Of a stretch of DNA of 64,000 nt, positions 59,424 to 64,000 are shown piece by piece. Each line of letters starts with the position of its first letter. The first letter of the stretch is position 1. The notes under the pieces are model-generated. The model was not told the DNA's origin. It searched no databases and saw only the letters and a program-made list of their open reading frames with translations. Made by a program: the position numbers and the translations under genes. This stretch comes from Bacteroidia bacterium (GTDB taxonomy: Bacteria > Bacteroidota > Bacteroidia > AKYH767-A > 2013-40CM-41-45), in assembly GCA_046330055.1 (NCBI GenBank), contig JAXLTM010000008.1, positions 12,182-76,181 on the forward strand, read 5' to 3'.

Positions 59424-60020
59424 ATGCAAAACTTCTGGAACGACCGCTACTCATCTACTTCCGATTTCATTTACGGAAAGGAGCCAAATGAATTTTTTAA
59501 GTCACAAATTGATCTTTTAAAGCCCGGGAAAATCCTTTTGCCTTGTGATGGCGAAGGGAGAAATGGCGTATATGCTGCAAGAATTGGTTGGGATGTATTC
59601 GCCTTTGACCAGAGTATGGAAGGTCAAAAAAAGGCGATGTCGCTGGCGAAAGAATATAGCGTCGGACTTAACTATGAGATCGCCGATGCGCTTGCAATCA
59701 CTTATCTGGAAAATTCTTTCGATGCCATCGCATTAATTTTTTCTCATCTCCCTACAGCGGTAAGAGAAAAATTTCATGCAAAAGCAATATCATGGTTAAA
59801 ACCCGGCGGAACATTAATTCTTGAAGCATACAATCCGCTTCAGTTAAATAATAACACGGGAGGACCGAAAGACGTTTCTATGTTATACACTCCTGAATTA
59901 ATGAAAGCCGATTTCGGCCGTCTCTCCAAACTCGACATCAAAACCGAACACCTCGCGATCAACGAAGGAGAATTCCACAGCGGAATTTCAGACGTAATCA
60001 GAGTCATCGGCGTAAAATGA
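59424..60020 (+). CDS. Class I SAM-dependent methyltransferase
   Basis: 198 aa with a glycine-rich SAM motif region (ILLPCDGEGRNGVYAA) and an acidic loop (FAFDQS). Confidence 0.75.
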   Translation: MQNFWNDRYSSTSDFIYGKEPNEFFKSQIDLLKPGKILLPCDGEGRNGVYAARIGWDVFAFDQSMEGQKKAMSLAKEYSVGLNYEIADALAITYLENSFDAIALIFSHLPTAVREKFHAKAISWLKPGGTLILEAYNPLQLNNNTGGPKDVSMLYTPELMKADFGRLSKLDIKTEHLAINEGEFHSGISDVIRVIGVK

Positions 60021-60125
60021 TTCACCAATTTAGCAATACTTGAATGTGTAAGGTTCTGTGATAATATATTTTCGGAATTGGTCATCTACAATCTACAAAT
60101 GTATGGATTGTACATTGCCTTGATT

Positions 60126-60159
60126 TTTCTTTCTTTTTGCTTCGCCAAAAAGAAAGAAA
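60126..60159. other. Perfect 14-bp homopurine/homopyrimidine inverted repeat (TTTCTTTCTTTTTG-CTTCGC-CAAAAAGAAAGAAA)
   Basis: Read directly. There is no adjacent T-run, so it is not called a terminator. Confidence 0.8.
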
Positions 60160-60356
60160 CAAAGAAAAAGGCGACCACGGCAGCCTCCTTCTCGGCCTAC
60201 AAATTTACACAGCTTTCATATTTACTAACATTTGTTCTTTTAATATTCTTCTTCCTTCGATTCGTCACCGAGAAGGAGGCCGCACGCGCGTGGACGGCCC
60301 CCCACAACATTCTGATTCCTGTATACATTCTTCAAATTTTGGTGTTTCGTGATGGA

Positions 60357-60437
60357 TTTTCAAATCCACAAAACCTAAACGTTCAAAGTATAAATCCCAC
60401 ATAGTACTACTTACTACTTACTAATTACTAATTACTG
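60357..60437. repeat. Family C copy 2 (60357-60396) followed by a (TACTACT/TACTAAT)x5 array (60403-60437)
   Basis: Read directly. Confidence 0.85.
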
Positions 60438-60512
60438 CCCAATGTAACCAAGGTAACAAACTCCCACCTCAACTCCTCCTATCTTCGCCCAATCTGAAAC
60501 CCCAACACCAAC

Positions 60513-60725
60513 GTGCATTACATTCGTAAATACAAACTGATTCTTATCGGAGCAGTTGTCGGAGCCGCAGGCGGTTATGCCTAGTATTATTTTGTTGGCT
60601 GCGCAAGCGGAACTTGTCCGATTACCTCGGACCCGATGAATAGTACTATTTATGGAGCTATCATGGGGGCATTACTGTTTGACTTATTCAGAAAATCCCC
60701 GGAGAAAAACAAAACCAGCGTATGA
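60513..60725 (+). pseudogene. Small 2-TM protein with a CxxxxC motif (DUF6132-like), interrupted by an in-frame TAG
   Basis: (M)HYIRKYKLILIGAVVGAAGGYA*YYFVGCASGTCPITSDPMNSTIYGAIMGALLF... The TAG is at 60582-60584. The stop overlaps the next ATG (ATGA). The family name is from memory. Confidence 0.5.
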
Positions 60726-61426
60726 AAAGCATCAGGACTTTCTTACTGATTACTCTAATCGGATTAATCAATCTTGCTACTAATGGGCAGGTAAAAACCT
60801 TACTCACTCCTTCCGAATTCAATTCTCAGTCGAAGGCGTCAAAGAAAGCAGTGATACTTGATGTTCGTACGCCGAATGAATTTGCAGGCGGACATCTTGA
60901 GAATGCCGTCAACATCAACTGGAATGATCCTTCGTTCGATGCGGCAGCGATGAAGCTTGATAAGAAGAAAGACATTTTTGTGTATTGCCTTAGCGGTGCC
61001 AGAAGTGCAGCCGCCGCACGACATTTACGCGAAGCCGGTTTTACTTCTGTCTTTGAAATGGGAGGTGGAATCATGAAATGGAGAGCTTCCAATCTTCCTG
61101 TTGTGACCGCCGAAAATTCTCAGAAGAAAACCGGAATGACTGCCGAACAGTTTAAGCAGCTCACCAATTCAAATCCGAAAGTCCTCATCGACTTTTATGC
61201 CGACTGGTGTGCGCCCTGCAAGAAAATGAAACCGTGGTTAGACACGTTGGAAAAAGATACACAAGGCAAAGTGAAAGTTATCCGCATTAACGCCGACGAA
61301 AACGCCGAACTCTGCAAACAACTCGGCGTCGACGCCTTACCGGTTCTCCAACTTTTCGAAAACGGCAAAATGACCTGGACCAAAAAAGGCCTCACCGAAA
61401 AATCCGAAGTCCTCACCCTTCTGTAA
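60722..61426 (+). CDS. Rhodanese-domain / thioredoxin fusion protein, secreted
   Basis: 234 aa with a signal peptide, a rhodanese active-site loop (CLSGARS), and a C-terminal thioredoxin motif (WCAPC). Confidence 0.8.
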   Translation: MKSIRTFLLITLIGLINLATNGQVKTLLTPSEFNSQSKASKKAVILDVRTPNEFAGGHLENAVNINWNDPSFDAAAMKLDKKKDIFVYCLSGARSAAAARHLREAGFTSVFEMGGGIMKWRASNLPVVTAENSQKKTGMTAEQFKQLTNSNPKVLIDFYADWCAPCKKMKPWLDTLEKDTQGKVKVIRINADENAELCKQLGVDALPVLQLFENGKMTWTKKGLTEKSEVLTLL

Positions 61427-61464
61427 TTCTATTTTTTAGCGTTTTCATTTTCATTTTCTGCGTC

Positions 61465-61535
61465 CTCTGCGGGAACCCCCTTTCCGTGATTTCACATTAA
61501 AATTTCCGTGCTTTCCGTGGGAAAAAAAACCATGC
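61465..61535. repeat. Interspersed repeat family B, copy 2
   Basis: CTCTGCGGGAACCCCCTTTCCGTGATTTCA...GTGGGAAAAAAAACCAT. The TTTCCGTG block occurs three times. Confidence 0.6.
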
Positions 61536-61617
61536 ATTTCCACCCTCCCCCCACCAACTTTCACCAATAAAATAGGATTTCTCTCCTGAATTCGATTAGA
61601 TTTGTATTCAGAAATCA

Positions 61618-64000
61618 ATGAAAAATCTGCGTTTTCGCAGATATAACATGTCCCGATTACTGCGTCGATACATATTCTTATTGCTGACGGTATTTTCTCC
61701 GATTTCCGCCTTTTCTCAGACACTTATCATGAACGAGGTTTCCAACGGCCCGACCGGAAATCAGGAGTATGTGGAATTTGTCGTCGTCAGTAATAGCGTT
61801 ACCTACGATTGCACGAGTCCGACTCCACCTTGCATCGACATCCGCGGATGGATCTTCGACGATAACAGTGGCTATCACGGTACAGACGGTATCGCCACCG
61901 GAGCAGTAAGATTTTCTCAAGATCCGATTTGGTCATGTGTTCCGCTTGGAACCATTATTCTCATCTACAACGGCGCCGATAGAAATCCTGCCATTCCACC
62001 TGATGATATTTCGATGGCAGATAATAACTGTACTATCATAGCACCAATTAACAGCACTACACTTTTTGAAAGTAACACAACAACACCCGGCGCTGTCGCG
62101 TGTTCATACCCTGCAACAGGATGGACTGCCGGTGGCAACTGGAATAACACAGTACTTGCCAACCCTGCCGATTGTGCGCGTATCGTGAATCTTGCAGGCT
62201 GTGAGGTGTTTTCACTCTGCTACGGAACCGACAATCTGAACAACTTGATTTATTTTCCCGGAACCGGAGGACAAACCTGCTGGTACTTCAACGATGTTGA
62301 CCCGATGAATCAGGCGAATTGGTCACAAGGTAGCGCAAGTCCTTCTCCTGGCGATCAGACTCCCGGCCTTCCGAACAATGCCGCCAATGCCGCTTATATC
62401 GGTTCGTTTAATAACAATTGTCAACCAATCACACCGATCAATGTAACTGCCAGCTCTACTCCTTCCGGTTGCTCTTGTAACGGAACGGTGACTGCAACGG
62501 CTACCGGTTCTATTGGCGGTTATACCTATGTTTGGTACGATGCAGCTTTCAATCCAATCGGACAAAACACTGCTACTGCAACCGGACTTTGCCCCGGAAC
62601 TTATGTGGTCATTGCAACTTCGCACATCGGTTGTCCGGATACAACTTACACTACGGTTGCCTCATCCGGAAGTGTTACGCAAAGCATCAATGCAGCAACG
62701 ATATGTAATGGTGCAAGCGCAACGCTAACTGCAACACCTTCTATCAATGGAGGAACATTCAGCTGGTCACCCGGCGGAGCGACCACTCAAAGCATCACAG
62801 TAAGTCCTTCTTCGACCACGGTTTATTCCTGCACGTACACGTACACAGGTTGCACAACAACGGCGACAAGTACGGTCACGGTGAATCCGGTGCCGACACT
62901 TACTGTCAATTCACCAACGATTTGCTCCGGTTCAAGTGCAACGCTGACCGCCAACCCGTCTATTGCGGGTGGTACCTATACCTGGTCAGGCGGTGGCGGA
63001 AATTCGGCTACGGCTACCGTTAGTCCGGCTGCAACCACAACGTATACGGTAGATTATTTACTTGCAGGATGTCCTGCTTCTGCAATTTCTACTGTTACCG
63101 TGAATCCATTGCCGGTTGTTTCTTTGAACGCTTCAACGATTTGTTCGGGAGCAAGTGCAACGCTTACAGCAACTGTGGCTCCTGCAGGAGGAACATATAG
63201 CTGGTCGCCGGGCGGGCAAACTACGGGAACGATATCTGTTTCACCTGCTGCTACAACAACTTATTCTGTTACCTATACAAATGCGGGTTGTACTTCTACG
63301 GCAAGTAATTCCGTCACCGTAAATCCGCTTCCGACAGTTTCTGTAAATGCTTCTACAATTTGTGCAGGTTCTGCCGCAACGCTGACAGCTACGGTCTCGC
63401 CGGCAGGCGGAACATATGCATGGTCACCCGGAGGGCAAACCACAGGATCGATTTCAGTTTCACCTTCATCGACGACAACTTATTCTGTTACTTACACGAA
63501 TGCCGGTTGTACATCCACTGCAACAAATAGCGTGACGGTCAATCCGCTTCCAACTCTTTCAATTAACTCATCAACGATCTGCGCCGGAAGTTCGGCGACA
63601 CTAACCGCTACACCATCCATTGCAGGCGGAACATACTCATGGTCACCCGGCGGGCAAACCACTGCAGGAATTACCGTCACTCCTGCAACGACCACTACGT
63701 ACACTGCTACTTATACGGCTTCAGGCTGTTCTGCCACCTCATCATCGACTGTTACTGTAAACCCGCTGCCGACTGTGAGCGTTAATTCGACATCTGTATG
63801 CTCCGGCAGTTCTGCAACACTGACGGCAACACCATCTATAATTGGCGGAACCTATTCATGGAGTCCCGGAGGACAAACTGCAAATTCAATTTCAGTCTCA
63901 CCTGTAGCCAGTACAAATTACACGGTGACTTATGATCTTTCCGGTTGTACTGCTACTGCTACTTCCGCAGTTACAGTGATTCCCTTACCTACAGTGAATG
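61618..64000 (+). CDS. Large secreted adhesin-like protein, 3' end outside the window (signal peptide, LTD-like N-domain, one SprB-type repeat, at least 6 Ig-like 73-aa repeats)
   Basis: - Hand translation from the ATG at 61618 gives 794 codons with no stop.
- The sequence reads MKNLRFRRYNMSRLLRRYIFLLLTVFSPISAFSQTLIMNEVSNGPTGNQEYVEFVVV..., then CSCNGTVTATATGSIGGYTYVWYD...GLCPGTYVVIATSHIGC.
- Repeated units then follow: TICxGSSATLTA..GGTYSWSPGGQT..ISVSP..TTTYxVTY...GC...VTVNPLP.
- It is absent from the supplied ORF track, presumably because no stop codon falls in the window. Confidence 0.8.
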   Translation, partial: MKNLRFRRYNMSRLLRRYIFLLLTVFSPISAFSQTLIMNEVSNGPTGNQEYVEFVVVSNSVTYDCTSPTPPCIDIRGWIFDDNSGYHGTDGIATGAVRFSQDPIWSCVPLGTIILIYNGADRNPAIPPDDISMADNNCTIIAPINSTTLFESNTTTPGAVACSYPATGWTAGGNWNNTVLANPADCARIVNLAGCEVFSLCYGTDNLNNLIYFPGTGGQTCWYFNDVDPMNQANWSQGSASPSPGDQTPGLPNNAANAAYIGSFNNNCQPITPINVTASSTPSGCSCNGTVTATATGSIGGYTYVWYDAAFNPIGQNTATATGLCPGTYVVIATSHIGCPDTTYTTVASSGSVTQSINAATICNGASATLTATPSINGGTFSWSPGGATTQSITVSPSSTTVYSCTYTYTGCTTTATSTVTVNPVPTLTVNSPTICSGSSATLTANPSIAGGTYTWSGGGGNSATATVSPAATTTYTVDYLLAGCPASAISTVTVNPLPVVSLNASTICSGASATLTATVAPAGGTYSWSPGGQTTGTISVSPAATTTYSVTYTNAGCTSTASNSVTVNPLPTVSVNASTICAGSAATLTATVSPAGGTYAWSPGGQTTGSISVSPSSTTTYSVTYTNAGCTSTATNSVTVNPLPTLSINSSTICAGSSATLTATPSIAGGTYSWSPGGQTTAGITVTPATTTTYTATYTASGCSATSSSTVTVNPLPTVSVNSTSVCSGSSATLTATPSIIGGTYSWSPGGQTANSISVSPVASTNYTVTYDLSGCTATATSAVTVIPLPTVN
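62677..64000 (+). repeat. 219-bp (73-codon) in-frame tandem repeats, 6 full units plus the start of a 7th
   Basis: Unit boundaries fall at 62677, 62896, 63115, 63334, 63553, 63772 and 63991. Adjacent units look roughly 75-85% identical by eye. Confidence 0.85.

Noticed and set aside
60078-60404. 108-aa and 71-aa plus-strand ORFs after the methyltransferase
   Set aside because: The sequences are low-complexity (KKKETKKK, FFFL) and are built from a perfect hairpin, a long inverted repeat and a family C repeat. The stretch is more likely non-coding structured DNA.
47557-60584. In-frame TAA (47557), TAG (60582) and TAA (37631), considered as evidence for stop-codon reassignment
   Set aside because: TAA, TAG and TGA all terminate well-conserved intact genes in this window at the expected protein ends (nuo genes, msrB, moxR, dsbD). 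An altered genetic code is therefore not supported.
61451-63704. Minus-strand ORFs of 65-100 aa (61451-61723, 61678-61920, 61965-62162, 62323-62625, 63492-63704)
   Set aside because: All are antisense to the long uninterrupted + strand adhesin-like ORF, whose repeat architecture and motifs are clear.
1-64000. All frameshifts being uniform sequencing error
   Set aside because: The lesions are concentrated in a subset of genes, with several per kb, while more than 25 kb of other coding sequence is uninterrupted. Read-level checking is still needed, and this is stated in the findings.

Overview
The window is a chromosomal segment from a Bacteroidota-type genome. Evidence for that assignment: T9SS C-terminal sorting domains, a SprB-type repeat, TAnnTTTG -7 promoter boxes, lpxD, and an 11-gene nuo operon lacking nuoEFG. 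GC looks low-40s % by eye. All family calls come from motif recognition only; no searches were run.

Gene content, left to right:
- TPM-domain protein tail, a three-gene ABC importer, and dsbD.
- A surface-polysaccharide locus: flippase, two Wzz-like genes, O-antigen ligase, and a glycosyltransferase. Three of these are broken.
- SpoIIE-type phosphatase, lpxD, a decayed rnhB, and a decayed IS3 element.
- A decayed large secreted protein and a cytochrome c.
- A CHASE3/PAS histidine kinase with a NarL-type regulator, plus an orphan receiver domain.
- nuoA-D and nuoH-N, followed by an extra GC-rich small gene.
- A tightly coupled RDD / SpoIIM-like / DUF4129 / DUF4350-like / MoxR / DUF58 cluster.
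- msrB, a truncated IS982, an M48 peptidase, and a SET-domain protein.
- An ArsR-SRPBCC-DUF1801 cluster and several decayed T9SS cargo genes.
- A degenerate tRNA-Glu-like gene and a broken multicopper oxidase.
- A methyltransferase and a rhodanese-thioredoxin fusion.
- A large adhesin-like ORF that runs off the 3' end and is missing from the ORF track.

Three things stand out:
1. Almost every intergenic gap is filled with 7-8 bp tandem arrays drawn from a small motif vocabulary, often arranged as long hairpins with the neighbouring stop codons inside them.
2. The MoxR-centred membrane cluster is conserved-looking but has no assigned function.
3. Gene decay is strongly clustered: some genes carry many frameshifts or in-frame stops, while long neighbouring stretches are intact.
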